64,000 nt of DNA, from the NCBI GenBank assembly GCA_963824165.1, contig CAWGOM010000002.1, positions 744,286 to 808,285 of the forward strand, in the 5' to 3' direction. Positions 42,182 to 52,544 of the stretch are shown here, piece after piece. Positions within the stretch are counted from its first letter, which is position 1; each line of letters opens with the position of its first letter. The notes below the pieces were generated by a model. It was not told the DNA's origin. It searched no databases and saw only the letters and a program-made list of their open reading frames with translations. The translations under genes were made by a program, and so were the position numbers. Source of the stretch: an uncultured Acidobacteriota bacterium (GTDB lineage Bacteria; Acidobacteriota; Thermoanaerobaculia; UBA5066; Gp7-AA6).

Positions 42182-44739
42182 CACTCCTCCTGCAGCGCCG
42201 CCGCCGGGTCGACCGCCGCCGCGACGCGGCCCGGAGCGAGCCCGGCGAGGATCGAGGCGGCGAGCACGAGGGCCGTCGCGCCGGCGAGCGTTCGCCACGG
42301 CACGGCGAGCGACACGGTCCAGCCGAACGACTGCGGGTTGATGACTTCGAGCAGCAGCCAGGCGAACGCGGCGCCCGCCGCCGTGGCCGCAACCGTACCC
42401 GTCAGGCCCGAGAGGAGCGCCTCGACGAGCGTCGCGCGGCGGATCTGCTCGCCCGAGGCGCCGATCGCGCGGAGGAGGCCGAACGAGCGGCGGCGCTCGA
42501 CGGCTGAAGCCATCAGCGCGTTGGCGATCCCGAGCACCGCGACCGCCACCGCGATCGCCTCGAGAGCGCGCGTGACCGCGAAGGTCCGGTCGAAGATCCG
42601 AAACACCTCTTTGCGGAGCTCCCGGTTCGTCGACACCGAAAGAGCGTAACGCCCGGCAGCGGCGGCGAGGATGCGGCGCCGCAGCTCCGTCGCGTCGACC
42701 CCGGGCCGCGCCGTCACGGCGAGGCTCGAGATCCGCGGGTCGGAAAAGAGCGCGAGGTAGAGCTCCCGATCCAGGACGACCGTCCCCCGGTCGTTCGAGT
42801 AATCGCGGTAGACGCCGTGGACGCGGAACGCGCGGAGGCCGGCCGGCGTCGCGAGGCGGACGACGGAGCCCGCGGGAGCGGAGAAGCGCCGGGCGTAGGG
42901 CTCCGACACGAGGACCTCGCCGCGCCGGCGGGCCTCGAGCGCCGCGGCGCGCGGGTCCCGCCCGTCGAGCAGCGCCAGGCCGCCCGAGCGCGCCGCGACC
43001 CGGAAGTCGCCCGAGCCGAGGGTGAACGGCCGGCCGCGCTCGTCCGAGGCGTCGCGGGCGCGGAACGGGTCGACCTCGCCGACGCCCTCGATGCCCTGCA
43101 GGAAGGGAAGGACGTCCTCGGGGAGGTCGCCGAGGATTCCGCTGCGCCCGCCGGAGTCCGTCTTGATCCAGAGATCGGACTGAAGCGTCGTCTCGACCCA
43201 GACGCGGACGGTCTCGCGGATCGACGCCACCGTGACGATCATCGCCAGCGTCATGCCGAGGGCCATCGCGAGCGCCGTGACGGCGATGCCGTTCTTCGCG
43301 AGCGCGCCGCCGAAGAAGCCCGCGCCGAGACGCCCCGCCGCTCCGAGGGCCCGCGACGGGAGCCGGCGCGGCAGGGACGCGGCGGCGCGAACGAGAAGCG
43401 GGGAGGCCGCGGCGAGCGCCGCGACGACGAGACCGACGGCCGCGAAGCCGAAGAGGGGCAGGCCGTCGACCGGGGGCGCCGTCGAGGCCACGGCGGCGAG
43501 CGCGAGGGCGAGGACGGCCACACCCGCCCGGAGGGGAAGACGCGTGCGCGCGATCCGCTCGATGGCGCCCGAGCGCATCGCGGGAGCGGGATCGACGCGC
43601 ATCGCCTCGAGCGCGGGCAGGATCGTGGCGACGAGGGAAGCGGCCATACCGACGAGCGCCGCCAGCGCCGCGGGCCCGGTCCGGCCCGCCGCGGCGATGC
43701 GCGCCGCCGGCGCGTAGAGGCTCGAGACGGTGCCCCCGACCGCTCGAACGGCCTCGCGGGAAACGAGGATGCCGAGGACCTCGCCGAGGGCCGTCCCGGC
43801 GAGACCCACCACCGCGCCCTCGACCAGAAACGCCGCGAAGATCGACGCGCGCGAGGCGCCGATCGCCCGCAGCGCGGCGATCTCCGGACGGCGGCGCAGC
43901 ACCGCGATCGACACAGCGTTGGCGATGAGAAACATCCCGACGAGAAGGGTCAGCGAGCCGAGCGCGTTGAGGTTGAACCGGAAGGCGCGGACCATCCGGT
44001 CCGCCGTCGCCGCCGCGCGGCCCGGCGGCTCGAGGGAGAGGCCCGGCGGCAGGCGTCGCGCGATCTCGTCGCGCATCGCCTCGCGGGACACGCCGGCGTC
44101 GAGAACGACGTCCACGCGGTCGACGACGCCTGGGCGCCCGAGCAGGTCCTGGGCGGTCGAGACGTCGGTGAGCAGCAGATCGCCGCCCGAGGCCCGCGCC
44201 ACGCCCGAGAGCTCCAGGATCCCGCCGACGCGGACCCGTCGCGGCACGCCCCCGGCCGTCAGGGCGAGCTCGGTCCCCGGCGAGAGCCCGTGCCGCGCCG
44301 CGAGGGGGGCGGGCACGAGGACCGATCCGCGGGTGGCCAGGAGTCCGCGCCCGCCGTCGGCCGGCGCGACGAGACGCACGTCGCGCACGACGCCGTCGCC
44401 GCCCCAGTCGACGCCGAGCAACTGCACGACCTCCCCGCCTTCGAGCAGGACCGTCCCCGTGACCGCCGGCGTGAACGCGCCGACCTCCCAGAGGAACGCG
44501 AGCTTCGGAAGCTCGGAGAGCCGCACGCCCGCCGGGCCCGTGATCACGAAATCGCTCCGGCCCGCGATCGCCGAGGCCGCGTCCCGGAAGGACTCGGTCA
44601 CGCTGCGGTTGGCGTGGTGGATGGCGGCGACCGCGGCGACGCCGATGGCGACTCCGAGGATCGGCAGCGCGACGCGGGCGGGGCGGCGCAAGGCGGGACC
44701 GGTCACGAGCGCCTTCAGGACCAGCCCGAAGCCGTTCAT
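42181..44739 (-). CDS. Double FtsX-domain ABC transporter permease (AttF/G-like)
   Basis: LGVAIGVA, AFRFNL.AL, RR.EIA.LRAIG, VINPQSFGW. Confidence 0.88.
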   Translation of the reverse strand: MNGFGLVLKALVTGPALRRPARVALPILGVAIGVAAVAAIHHANRSVTESFRDAASAIAGRSDFVITGPAGVRLSELPKLAFLWEVGAFTPAVTGTVLLEGGEVVQLLGVDWGGDGVVRDVRLVAPADGGRGLLATRGSVLVPAPLAARHGLSPGTELALTAGGVPRRVRVGGILELSGVARASGGDLLLTDVSTAQDLLGRPGVVDRVDVVLDAGVSREAMRDEIARRLPPGLSLEPPGRAAATADRMVRAFRFNLNALGSLTLLVGMFLIANAVSIAVLRRRPEIAALRAIGASRASIFAAFLVEGAVVGLAGTALGEVLGILVSREAVRAVGGTVSSLYAPAARIAAAGRTGPAALAALVGMAASLVATILPALEAMRVDPAPAMRSGAIERIARTRLPLRAGVAVLALALAAVASTAPPVDGLPLFGFAAVGLVVAALAAASPLLVRAAASLPRRLPSRALGAAGRLGAGFFGGALAKNGIAVTALAMALGMTLAMIVTVASIRETVRVWVETTLQSDLWIKTDSGGRSGILGDLPEDVLPFLQGIEGVGEVDPFRARDASDERGRPFTLGSGDFRVAARSGGLALLDGRDPRAAALEARRRGEVLVSEPYARRFSAPAGSVVRLATPAGLRAFRVHGVYRDYSNDRGTVVLDRELYLALFSDPRISSLAVTARPGVDATELRRRILAAAAGRYALSVSTNRELRKEVFRIFDRTFAVTRALEAIAVAVAVLGIANALMASAVERRRSFGLLRAIGASGEQIRRATLVEALLSGLTGTVAATAAGAAFAWLLLEVINPQSFGWTVSLAVPWRTLAGATALVLAASILAGLAPGRVAAAVDPAAALQEE

Positions 44740-45422
44740 GCGCCGAGCACCCTGCCGTCCTTCAGGTGGACGACCCGGTCCGCCCGGGCGGCCGCCGCCG
44801 CGGAGTGCGTGGCGAGGAGGAGCGTCACCCCGCGCTCGCGCCGGACCTCGTCGAGGAGCGAGAGCACGGCTTCGCCGTTGCGGCTGTCGAGGTTGCCGGT
44901 CGGCTCGTCGGCCAGAAGCAGCCGGGCGCCGGTCACGAGCGCCCGGGCGATGGCCACCCGCTGCATCTGTCCGCCCGAGAGCTCGTACGGGTGCGCCCCG
45001 GCGCGCGCGGACAGGCCCACGCGCTCGAGCAGGTCTGCGGCGCGCTCGGGCGCGTCGGAGCGGCCGTCGAGACGCCGCGGCAGCTCCACGTTCTCTCCCA
45101 CCGTCAGGTGCGGCAGGAGGTTGAAGAACTGGAAGACCAACCCGACCTCGCGCCGGCGGAACAGGACGAGCTCCCGTTCCGGCAGGGCGCCGACGCTCGC
45201 GCCGGCGACCCGGATCTCGCCCGACGACGGCCGATCGATGCCCCCGGTCAGGTGGAGGAGGGTCGACTTTCCGCTTCCCGACTCGCCGACGAGGGCGAGG
45301 AACTGGCCCGGCGGGACCTCCAGATCGACGCCGTCGAGGGCGACGACGGCCTGTCCGCCGGCGTAGACCTTCGTGACGGCCCGGAAGGAAACGGCGGGCG
45401 CGGCGGGCGGATCGCTCGACAC
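44736..45422 (-). CDS. ABC transporter ATP-binding protein (LolD/MacB-like)
   Basis: GESGSGKST, LSGGQMQR, LLADEPTGNLD. Confidence 0.95.
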   Translation of the reverse strand: MSSDPPAAPAVSFRAVTKVYAGGQAVVALDGVDLEVPPGQFLALVGESGSGKSTLLHLTGGIDRPSSGEIRVAGASVGALPERELVLFRRREVGLVFQFFNLLPHLTVGENVELPRRLDGRSDAPERAADLLERVGLSARAGAHPYELSGGQMQRVAIARALVTGARLLLADEPTGNLDSRNGEAVLSLLDEVRRERGVTLLLATHSAAAAARADRVVHLKDGRVLGA

Positions 45423-45513
45423 GATGCGAGAATACCCGACGGCATCTTCCGTCCTCGCGATCTGTCCGTCGAGCCGAAACCGAAAACGGGAACGAGACTG
45501 GAGACCTGAGACG

Positions 45514-46311
45514 GTGTTCCTGGCCCCGCTTGCCCGCGCGATCGCGCAACGCGCGCTCGTCCTCGCGCTGACGCGCAGGGAGCTCAACGCCCGCTACCGC
45601 GGCGGCGCGCTCGGCTTCCTCTGGTCGCTCGTCAACCCGCTCCTGCTCCTCCTGGTGTACGCGACGGTGTTTCGCCTCGTCTTCGAGCCGCGCGCGGACG
45701 TCCGGCCCTACGCGCTCTTCCTCTTCTCCGGGGTCCTCGTGTGGGGGTTCGTCTCCGCGGCCCTGAACGACGCGGTCGAGACCTTCCGGGCGAACGGCCC
45801 GCTCCTGCGCAAGACGACGGTGGCGCCCGAGGTGTTTCCGGCCGCGTGCGTGGGAGCGCGGCTCGCGCACCTGCTGCTCGCCCTGCCCGTGCTCGCCGCG
45901 GCGATCGGGTATGCCGCGTTCCGGGGGAGCGTCCGGCCGGGCCTCGCCCTCCTCGAGTTTCCGGCGGTGCTGCTGCTTCTCGCCCTGACCGTCTTCGGGA
46001 TCGCGCTCGCGGTCTCGGCCCTGGCGGTGCACTTCGGCGACGTGCGCGACGTGGTCGGAAACCTCCTGACGCTGGCCTTCTTCGTGACGCCGGTCCTCTA
46101 TCCCGTCGAGGCCGTGCCGGAGCGCTTCCGCGGGCTGCTGCGCTTCAACCCGTTCGCGACCTTCTTCGCCGGCATCCACGACACGCTCTTCTACTTTCGG
46201 CCGGTGGGCGCCGCGGACTGGGCCTGGATGGCCGGGACGGCCGCGGTGGCGCTCGCGGCGGGCGGCTGGATCTTCGAGCGCTTGCGCGACTCGCTGGCGG
46301 AGAACGCGTGA
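45514..46311 (+). CDS. wzm: Glycan-export ABC permease (Wzm/TagG-like)
   Basis: RELNARYRGGALGFLWSLVNPL, F.DV, FFVTPVLYP, NP. Confidence 0.9.
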   Translation: MFLAPLARAIAQRALVLALTRRELNARYRGGALGFLWSLVNPLLLLLVYATVFRLVFEPRADVRPYALFLFSGVLVWGFVSAALNDAVETFRANGPLLRKTTVAPEVFPAACVGARLAHLLLALPVLAAAIGYAAFRGSVRPGLALLEFPAVLLLLALTVFGIALAVSALAVHFGDVRDVVGNLLTLAFFVTPVLYPVEAVPERFRGLLRFNPFATFFAGIHDTLFYFRPVGAADWAWMAGTAAVALAAGGWIFERLRDSLAENA

Positions 46312-47534
46312 GCGCCCCGGCGGTCGCCGTCCGCGGCGTGACGAAAGTGTATCGGCGCTACGGCCGGCGCCCGCACGGCACGCTCAAGTCGGCGCTGCTC
46401 GCCGGCGGCCGGGCGCCGGCGATGCCGGGCGGGGTCACCGCGCTCGAGCACGTCTCCTTCGAGGTGGCGCCTGGAGAGACGCTCGGCGTCGTCGGAGCCA
46501 ACGGCTCGGGCAAGTCGACGCTCCTGAAGATTCTCGCCGGGATCGTCCGCCCGACGCAGGGCTCGATCGAAGTGCAGGGGCGCCTGGCGGCGCTCCTCGA
46601 GCTCGGCGCGGGTTTCCACCCGGAGATCTCGGGACGCGAGAACGTCGAGATCACCGGCCTGCTCCTGGGGCTGACCCGGAAGGAGGTCGCGGCGCGCTTC
46701 GACGACATCGTGCGGTTTGCGGGCGTCGAGGCGTTCCTGGACGCTCCCGTCAAGACGTACTCCTCCGGCATGGCCGTGCGCCTGGGGTTCGCGATCGCCG
46801 CGCACAGCGATCCCGACGTCCTGCTCGTCGACGAGGTGCTCGCCGTCGGCGACGAGGCTTTCTCGCACCGGGCGCTCGAGAAGTTCTCGGAGTTCGAGCG
46901 CGCGGGCAAGACGCTCGTCGTCGTGTCGCACGACCTGTCGCTCGTCGAACGCCGCTGCCGCCGCGCGATCTGGCTCGAGGGCGGCCGGATCGCGGCCGAC
47001 GGCCCCGCCCCGGAGACCGTGTCCCGCTACCTCGAGCGCGTGGCCGTCGAAGAGGGAGAGCGGCGGCTCGCGGAGGCCGGGGCGGGAGGGCGCATCGGGT
47101 CCGGCGTGGCGACGATCGCCGGCGTGCGCCTGCTCGACGGGAGCGGCCGCCCGGCGGGCCGCCTGCGCGCGGGCGAGCCCGCGTCGCTCGAAATGACGGT
47201 GCGCGCGGACGAGCCGTTGACCGATTTCGTGTTCGGCTTTCGCGTGACGACCGTGTCCGGGGTCATGGTCCTCGGCACCAACACCGAGCTCGAGGGTTTC
47301 CGTCCCCGCGAGCTCCGGGGCGAGGCGCGCGTGACGCTCGCGCTGCCCTCGCTCGATCTGGCGCCCGGCGTCTACCGCCTCGACGCCGCGATCCACGCCC
47401 GCGACGGCGCCCCCTACGACGCGCGCGCCGACGTCCTGCGCTTCGAGGTGACCTCGGACCGCGCGGGCGCCGGCGTCTGGGGGCCGCCGCGCCGCTGGGA
47501 TTTCTCCGGCGGCGTGCGGTGGGACGGGTCGTGA
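46308..47534 (+). CDS. wzt: Glycan-export ABC ATPase with C-terminal carbohydrate-binding domain (Wzt)
   Basis: GANGSGKST, LLELGAGFHPE.SGREN, KTYSSGM..RL.F, DEVLAVGD, C-terminal beta domain with L.PG.Y. Confidence 0.92.
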   Translation: MSAPAVAVRGVTKVYRRYGRRPHGTLKSALLAGGRAPAMPGGVTALEHVSFEVAPGETLGVVGANGSGKSTLLKILAGIVRPTQGSIEVQGRLAALLELGAGFHPEISGRENVEITGLLLGLTRKEVAARFDDIVRFAGVEAFLDAPVKTYSSGMAVRLGFAIAAHSDPDVLLVDEVLAVGDEAFSHRALEKFSEFERAGKTLVVVSHDLSLVERRCRRAIWLEGGRIAADGPAPETVSRYLERVAVEEGERRLAEAGAGGRIGSGVATIAGVRLLDGSGRPAGRLRAGEPASLEMTVRADEPLTDFVFGFRVTTVSGVMVLGTNTELEGFRPRELRGEARVTLALPSLDLAPGVYRLDAAIHARDGAPYDARADVLRFEVTSDRAGAGVWGPPRRWDFSGGVRWDGS

Positions 47535-47550
47535 CGGGCGCGTCCCGGCG

Positions 47551-48621
47551 TTGAGCGCGCGCCTTCGGGCGGGACTCCTCGCCGCCGGTTTCCTCGCGGC
47601 GCTCGCCGCGCGCCTGGCGCTGCTCCACGCCTTTCCGGGAAACTACGACACCGAGTCCTACGACATCGTCGCGGACGTCGTCACGCGGGGCGGCGACCCG
47701 TACCGCGAGACGACCCGGTACAACTATTCGCCCCTGTGGGCCTTCGTGATCGCGGGAGCCGGGGCGGCGGCGCGGACGTCGGGCGCCTCGCCGACCTCGG
47801 TCCTCGGCCTGCTGTTGCTCGCGGGCGACGTCGCGACGGCGGTCCTCGTGTACCGGCTCGCCCGTCGGCGCCGGTCCGGCGCGGCCTCGGCGCTGGCGGC
47901 CCTCTTCTTCTTCGCCAACCCCGTCTCGATCCTGGTCTCGAGCCATCACCTCCAGTTCGACGGGCTCGCCGTTCTCTTCCTCGTCGCCGCGGTGCTTCTC
48001 TCGGATCGCGGGCGCGACCTGCCGGCCGCGGCGGCGCTCGCGGTTTCCCTCCTCGTCAAGCACGTCACGGCGTTCCATCCGCTGCTCTTCCGCCGCCGGC
48101 CGGGTTGGCGCGGCCTCCTTCCGGCGACTCTTCCCTACGCCGCCTTCGCGGCCTCGTTCCTGCCCTACGCCGCGTCGTGGCGGGAGATCCTCGAGAACGT
48201 GCTTCTCTATCGCGGCGTGACGGGCAACTACGGCATCGAGGCCATGGTGCTCCTGCCCGGCGTGCCCGACTGGGCGCCGGTCCCGATCTTCCTCGCGGCG
48301 GTGGCGGTCGCGGTGTTCTTCCTGCGGCGCGAAGAGCTCGTGCGCGCGAGCCTGCTCCTCTTTCTCGTCGTGCTCGTCTTCGCGCCGGGCTTCGGACGCC
48401 AGTACTGCGTCTGGCCGATCGCCCTCGGCGCGATCTTCGCGGGTCCGGGGTTCTTCCTCTACAGCTTCGTCGCCGCCGCGTTCCTCGTGGGTGCCCTCTT
48501 TCCCGGAGCGCGGGAGATCCTGCCGCTGCCCGGCTGGTACGGGCCGTGGTGGGCCGCGATCGCGTGGCTGCTGTGGGAGCTTCGCGGTCCGCGGGTTAAG
48601 ATCCCGGCGAACTCGCGATGA
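47551..48621 (+). CDS. GT-C-fold membrane glycosyltransferase (GT87/PIG-M-like)
   Basis: First loop NYDTESY...GDPY..TRYNYSPLW, FFANP.SI..S..H.QFD, GFG.QY..W. Confidence 0.7.
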   Translation: MSARLRAGLLAAGFLAALAARLALLHAFPGNYDTESYDIVADVVTRGGDPYRETTRYNYSPLWAFVIAGAGAAARTSGASPTSVLGLLLLAGDVATAVLVYRLARRRRSGAASALAALFFFANPVSILVSSHHLQFDGLAVLFLVAAVLLSDRGRDLPAAAALAVSLLVKHVTAFHPLLFRRRPGWRGLLPATLPYAAFAASFLPYAASWREILENVLLYRGVTGNYGIEAMVLLPGVPDWAPVPIFLAAVAVAVFFLRREELVRASLLLFLVVLVFAPGFGRQYCVWPIALGAIFAGPGFFLYSFVAAAFLVGALFPGAREILPLPGWYGPWWAAIAWLLWELRGPRVKIPANSR

Positions 48622-49565
48622 AAGTCTCGATCGTCGTCCCGGTCTTCAACGAGGAAGGCAACCTGCCGGAGCTGCTGACGCGGCTTTCCGCCGTCATGGA
48701 GGGCACCGGGCGGCCCTACGAGCTCGTGTTCGTCGACGACGGCAGCCGCGACCGGTCGCTGGAGATCCTCAAGGCGGCTTCGCGCGAGCGGCCCGAAACC
48801 GTCCGGGTCCTCGAGCTCGCGCGCAACTTCGGGCAGCACCAGGCGATCCTGGCCGCCTTCGAGAACGTGACCGGCGACGTCGTGGTGACGCTCGACGCCG
48901 ACCTGCAGAATCCTCCCGAGGAGATCCCGAAGCTCCTCGCGAAGTTCGACGAGGGATACGACGTCGTCGGCGGCGTGCGCCAGGACCGCCAGGACTCCTT
49001 CCTGCGCCGGGCGGCCTCGCGCCTCGTCAATCGCGCCACGACCTTCATCACGCGGATGAAGCTCTCGGACTTCGGCTGCATGCTGCGCGCATACTCGAAG
49101 GAGGTCGTCGAGGAGATCAACCGGTGCGACGAGGCCTCGACCTTCATCCCGGCGCTCGGCCAGAGCTTCGCGCGGCGGCCCACGGAGATCCAGGTCGCGC
49201 ACGCCGCGCGGCGGCACGGAGCGTCGAACTACTCGCTCTACCGGCTGATCCGCCTGAACTTCGACCTGATGACCGGTTTCTCCCTCGTGCCGCTCCAGGT
49301 CTTCGGCCTGATGGGCACGGCCGTCGCCTTCGGCGGCGTCGCCTTCGGCCTCTTCCTCTTCGTGCGCCGGCTGGTGGTCGGCGCCGAGGTCGAGGGGGTC
49401 TTCACGCTCTTCGCCATCCTCTTCACGCTTCTCGGGATCGCGATGGCGGGGCTCGGCCTCGTCGGCGAATACGTCGGGCGGATCTATCTCCAGGTCCGCG
49501 GCCGGCCGCGGTTCCGCGTGCGCCAGGTCCACGGAGGCGCCCGGCCGCCGGGCCCGGACGCATGA
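48618..49565 (+). CDS. arnC: Undecaprenyl-phosphate (Ara4FN) glycosyltransferase, GT2
   Basis: [41 protein letters not shown], two C-terminal TMs, GEYVGRIY. Confidence 0.85.
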   Translation: MKVSIVVPVFNEEGNLPELLTRLSAVMEGTGRPYELVFVDDGSRDRSLEILKAASRERPETVRVLELARNFGQHQAILAAFENVTGDVVVTLDADLQNPPEEIPKLLAKFDEGYDVVGGVRQDRQDSFLRRAASRLVNRATTFITRMKLSDFGCMLRAYSKEVVEEINRCDEASTFIPALGQSFARRPTEIQVAHAARRHGASNYSLYRLIRLNFDLMTGFSLVPLQVFGLMGTAVAFGGVAFGLFLFVRRLVVGAEVEGVFTLFAILFTLLGIAMAGLGLVGEYVGRIYLQVRGRPRFRVRQVHGGARPPGPDA

Positions 49566-50473
49566 CGGCGCCGCGCATCGCGGTCTTCGCCTACTCGGGG
49601 ACCGGCCACGCCTGCCTCGACGTTCTCCTCAGGCGCGGCCGCCGACCCGTCCTCGTCGCGACGCATCGCGACCTGCCCGAAGAGGCGCGGTGGTTCCCGA
49701 GCGTCGCGGAGCTCGCGCGCGCCCACGGGATCGAGCCGGTCGTCATCGACAACCCGCTCGACCCCGCGGCGATCACGCGGGTGCGGATCGCCGCGCCGGA
49801 CCTGCTCTTCTCCTTCTACTACCGCACTCTCCTGCCGGCGGAGATGCTCGCGGTCCCGCGGCTCGGGGCCTTCAACATGCACGGCTCGCTCCTGCCGAAG
49901 TACCGCGGCCGCGCGCCGGTCAACTGGGCGGTCTTGAAGGGCGAGACGCGCACCGGCGCGACGCTCCACGTCATGACCGAGCGGGCGGACCGGGGCGCGA
50001 TCGTCGACCAGGAAGCCGTGCCGATCGGCTCCGACGACACCGCGATCGACGTCCAGAAGCGGGTGACCGCGGCCGCGGCGGCGATCCTCGAGCGACGCCT
50101 CGAGGAGCTCGAGGCCGGCTCCGCGAAGGCGACGCCTCAGGACGAGACGCGGGCGACCCGCTTCGGGCGGCGGCGGCCCGAGGACGGGCGCATCGACTGG
50201 AGCCGGCCGGCGAAGGAAGTCCACGACCTCGTCCGGGCCGTGACCCACCCGTACCCCGGGGCCTTCACGGACCTGTTCGGCGCGAAGACCTTCGTGTGGC
50301 GCAGCCGGCTGCCGGGCCTGGCGGCGCACGATACGTTCCCCGGCCAGGTCCGCGGCGAGGCCGGCCGGCTCCACGTCGCCTGCGGCGACGACCGGTACGT
50401 GGAGCTGCTGTCCCTCCAGACGGAGGGCGGCGAGGAGACGGACGCGGCGCGGTTTCTCGCGGCGAGGGGGTAG
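49562..50473 (+). CDS. UDP-Ara4N formyltransferase (stand-alone ArnA N-terminal domain)
   Basis: [53 protein letters not shown]. Confidence 0.88.
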   Translation: MTAPRIAVFAYSGTGHACLDVLLRRGRRPVLVATHRDLPEEARWFPSVAELARAHGIEPVVIDNPLDPAAITRVRIAAPDLLFSFYYRTLLPAEMLAVPRLGAFNMHGSLLPKYRGRAPVNWAVLKGETRTGATLHVMTERADRGAIVDQEAVPIGSDDTAIDVQKRVTAAAAAILERRLEELEAGSAKATPQDETRATRFGRRRPEDGRIDWSRPAKEVHDLVRAVTHPYPGAFTDLFGAKTFVWRSRLPGLAAHDTFPGQVRGEAGRLHVACGDDRYVELLSLQTEGGEETDAARFLAARG

Positions 50474-50475
50474 GG

Positions 50476-51507
50476 ATGCGGATCCTGATTCTCGGCGTCA
50501 ACGGCTTCATCGGCAACGCGCTGACGGAGCGGGTCCTCCAGACGACCGACTGGCACGTCTCGGGACTCGACATCGGCTCGGACAAGATCGCGCCGTTCCT
50601 CGACAACCCGCGCTTCACGTACCTCGAGGGCGACATCGCCATCAACAAGGAGTGGATCGAGTACCAGGTCAAGAAGTGCGACGTGGTGCTGCCGCTCGTC
50701 GCGATCGCGACCCCCTCGGCCTACGTGCGCGAGCCCCTGGCGGTCTTCGAGCTCGACTTCGAGGAGAACCTCCGGATCGTCAAGCAGGCGGTCCGCTACG
50801 CGAAGCGCGTCGTGTTTCCGTCCACCTCCGAGGTCTACGGGATGTGCCCCGACGCCGAGTTCGACGAGGACTCCTCGCCGCTCGTCTACGGCCCGATCCA
50901 GAAGCAGCGCTGGATCTACTCCTGCTCCAAGCAGCTCCTGGACCGCGTGATCTGGGCGTACGGAACGAAGGGGCTGCAGTTCACGCTCTTCCGGCCGTTC
51001 AACTGGTTCGGGCCCCACCTCGACGACATCGATTCCCCCAAGGAGGGCTCGAGCCGGGTGCTGACGCAGTTCCTCCACAACATCCTGTACGGCGAGCCCA
51101 TCAAGCTGGTCGACGGCGGGACGCAGCGGCGGTCCTTCACCTACATCTCGGACGGCATCGACTGCCTGATGAAGATCCTCGAGAACCGCGCCGGCGCGGC
51201 CGACGGGGGGATCTTCAACATCGGCAACCCCGCCAACGACCTGTCGATCCGCGAGCTCGCGCAGCGCATGGTCGCGGCGGTCGGCGCCCATCCCGGATTC
51301 GAGGCCCTCGCGGCGAAGGCGGCGCTGACCGACGTGGCTTCCGGCGCGTACTACGGCCCGGGTTACCAGGACATGCTCACGCGGGTGCCGTCGATCCGGC
51401 GCGCGCGGCAGATTCTCGGCTGGGAGCCGCAGGTCTCCCTCGACGAGGGCATCCGGCGGACCCTCGACTTCTACCTGACGCGGCGCCGTTCCGGGGTCAG
51501 GCCTTGA
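50476..51507 (+). CDS. arnA: UDP-glucuronic acid oxidase/decarboxylase (stand-alone ArnA C-terminal domain)
   Basis: [62 protein letters not shown]. Confidence 0.92.
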   Translation: MRILILGVNGFIGNALTERVLQTTDWHVSGLDIGSDKIAPFLDNPRFTYLEGDIAINKEWIEYQVKKCDVVLPLVAIATPSAYVREPLAVFELDFEENLRIVKQAVRYAKRVVFPSTSEVYGMCPDAEFDEDSSPLVYGPIQKQRWIYSCSKQLLDRVIWAYGTKGLQFTLFRPFNWFGPHLDDIDSPKEGSSRVLTQFLHNILYGEPIKLVDGGTQRRSFTYISDGIDCLMKILENRAGAADGGIFNIGNPANDLSIRELAQRMVAAVGAHPGFEALAAKAALTDVASGAYYGPGYQDMLTRVPSIRRARQILGWEPQVSLDEGIRRTLDFYLTRRRSGVRP

Positions 51508-51592
51508 ATCTGTACTCACATGACGCCGGTCGAGCGCCTGGTTCGCGGCTCTGTTTCTTGAACGACCGAGTACAAAATCAAGGCCTGACCCC
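51493..51592. mobile_element. 100-bp MITE-like element with 25-bp terminal inverted repeats
   Basis: GGGGTCAGGCCTTGAATCTGTACTC ... GAGTACAAAATCAAGGCCTGACCCC (23/25 complementary); more AT-rich than the flanks. Confidence 0.7.
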
Positions 51593-52513
51593 GTGATCGG
51601 TCGCGTCGCCCTCAAGGTCGACTGCGACACCGACGAGGGCACCCGCGACGGCGTGCCGCGCCTGCTCGCGATGTTCGCGGCGCGGGGGATCCGGGCGACG
51701 TTCTTCTTCACGCTCGGGCCCGACCGGTCGGGCCTCGCCGTCCGGCGGATCTTCACCCGCAAGGGCTTCCTGAAGAAGATGCTGCGGTCCCGCGCGCCGT
51801 CGCTCTACGGCTGGAGGACGATGCTCTCGGGGACGCTCCTTCCGGCGCCGATGATCGGCGAGCGCTGCGCGGGCCAGATGCGCGCGGCGGCGAAGGCCGG
51901 GCACGGCACCGGCGTCCACGGCTGGGACCACGTCCGCTGGCACGACGAGCTTCCCGCGATGAGCGCGGAGGAGATCCGGGCCGACTACGGCCGCGCGCAC
52001 GCCGAGTACCTCCGGATCTTCGGCGTGCCCGCCCGCGCGAGCGCCGCGCCCGGGTGGACGGCCGACGCGCGGTCCCTCGAGGCGCAGGAGGAACGCTCGC
52101 TCCTCTTCGCGTCCGACACGCGGGGCGGCTCCTACTTTTTTCCCGAGGCGGGCGGCCGCGTGTTCCGGACCCTCGAGATCCCCACGACCCTGCCGACCCT
52201 CGACGAAACCCTCGCCTGGCCGGAGCTTTCGTCGGACGAAGACCAGCGGGCGTTCTTCCGCAAGGCGGCGAGCGGCACGCACGTGCACACGATCCACGCC
52301 GAGGTCGAGGGGCGGTCCAAGGCGCCGCTCTTCGAGGGGATCCTCGACGACTGGCTCGCGGACGGGGTCGCGTTCCCGCTCCTGTCGGATCTCGCGCGGG
52401 AGGTGCTCGCGCACCACGACGCGATCCCGGTGCGCCGGCTCACCACGACGACGCTGCCCGGGCGCGCCGGGACCGTGGCGACGGGGTGGCCCGAGACGTC
52501 CGGCTCGGCCTGA
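51593..52513 (+). CDS. arnD: Undecaprenyl-P-Ara4FN deformylase (polysaccharide deacetylase family)
   Basis: LKVDCDT..GTRDGVP.L, F.LGPD, HGWDH..W, AAPGW, PTTLPTLDE, TIHAEVEG. Confidence 0.85.
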   Translation: MIGRVALKVDCDTDEGTRDGVPRLLAMFAARGIRATFFFTLGPDRSGLAVRRIFTRKGFLKKMLRSRAPSLYGWRTMLSGTLLPAPMIGERCAGQMRAAAKAGHGTGVHGWDHVRWHDELPAMSAEEIRADYGRAHAEYLRIFGVPARASAAPGWTADARSLEAQEERSLLFASDTRGGSYFFPEAGGRVFRTLEIPTTLPTLDETLAWPELSSDEDQRAFFRKAASGTHVHTIHAEVEGRSKAPLFEGILDDWLADGVAFPLLSDLAREVLAHHDAIPVRRLTTTTLPGRAGTVATGWPETSGSA

Positions 52514-52544
52514 GCCGGTGTCGAGGAGTATCCTCTCGAAAGAC

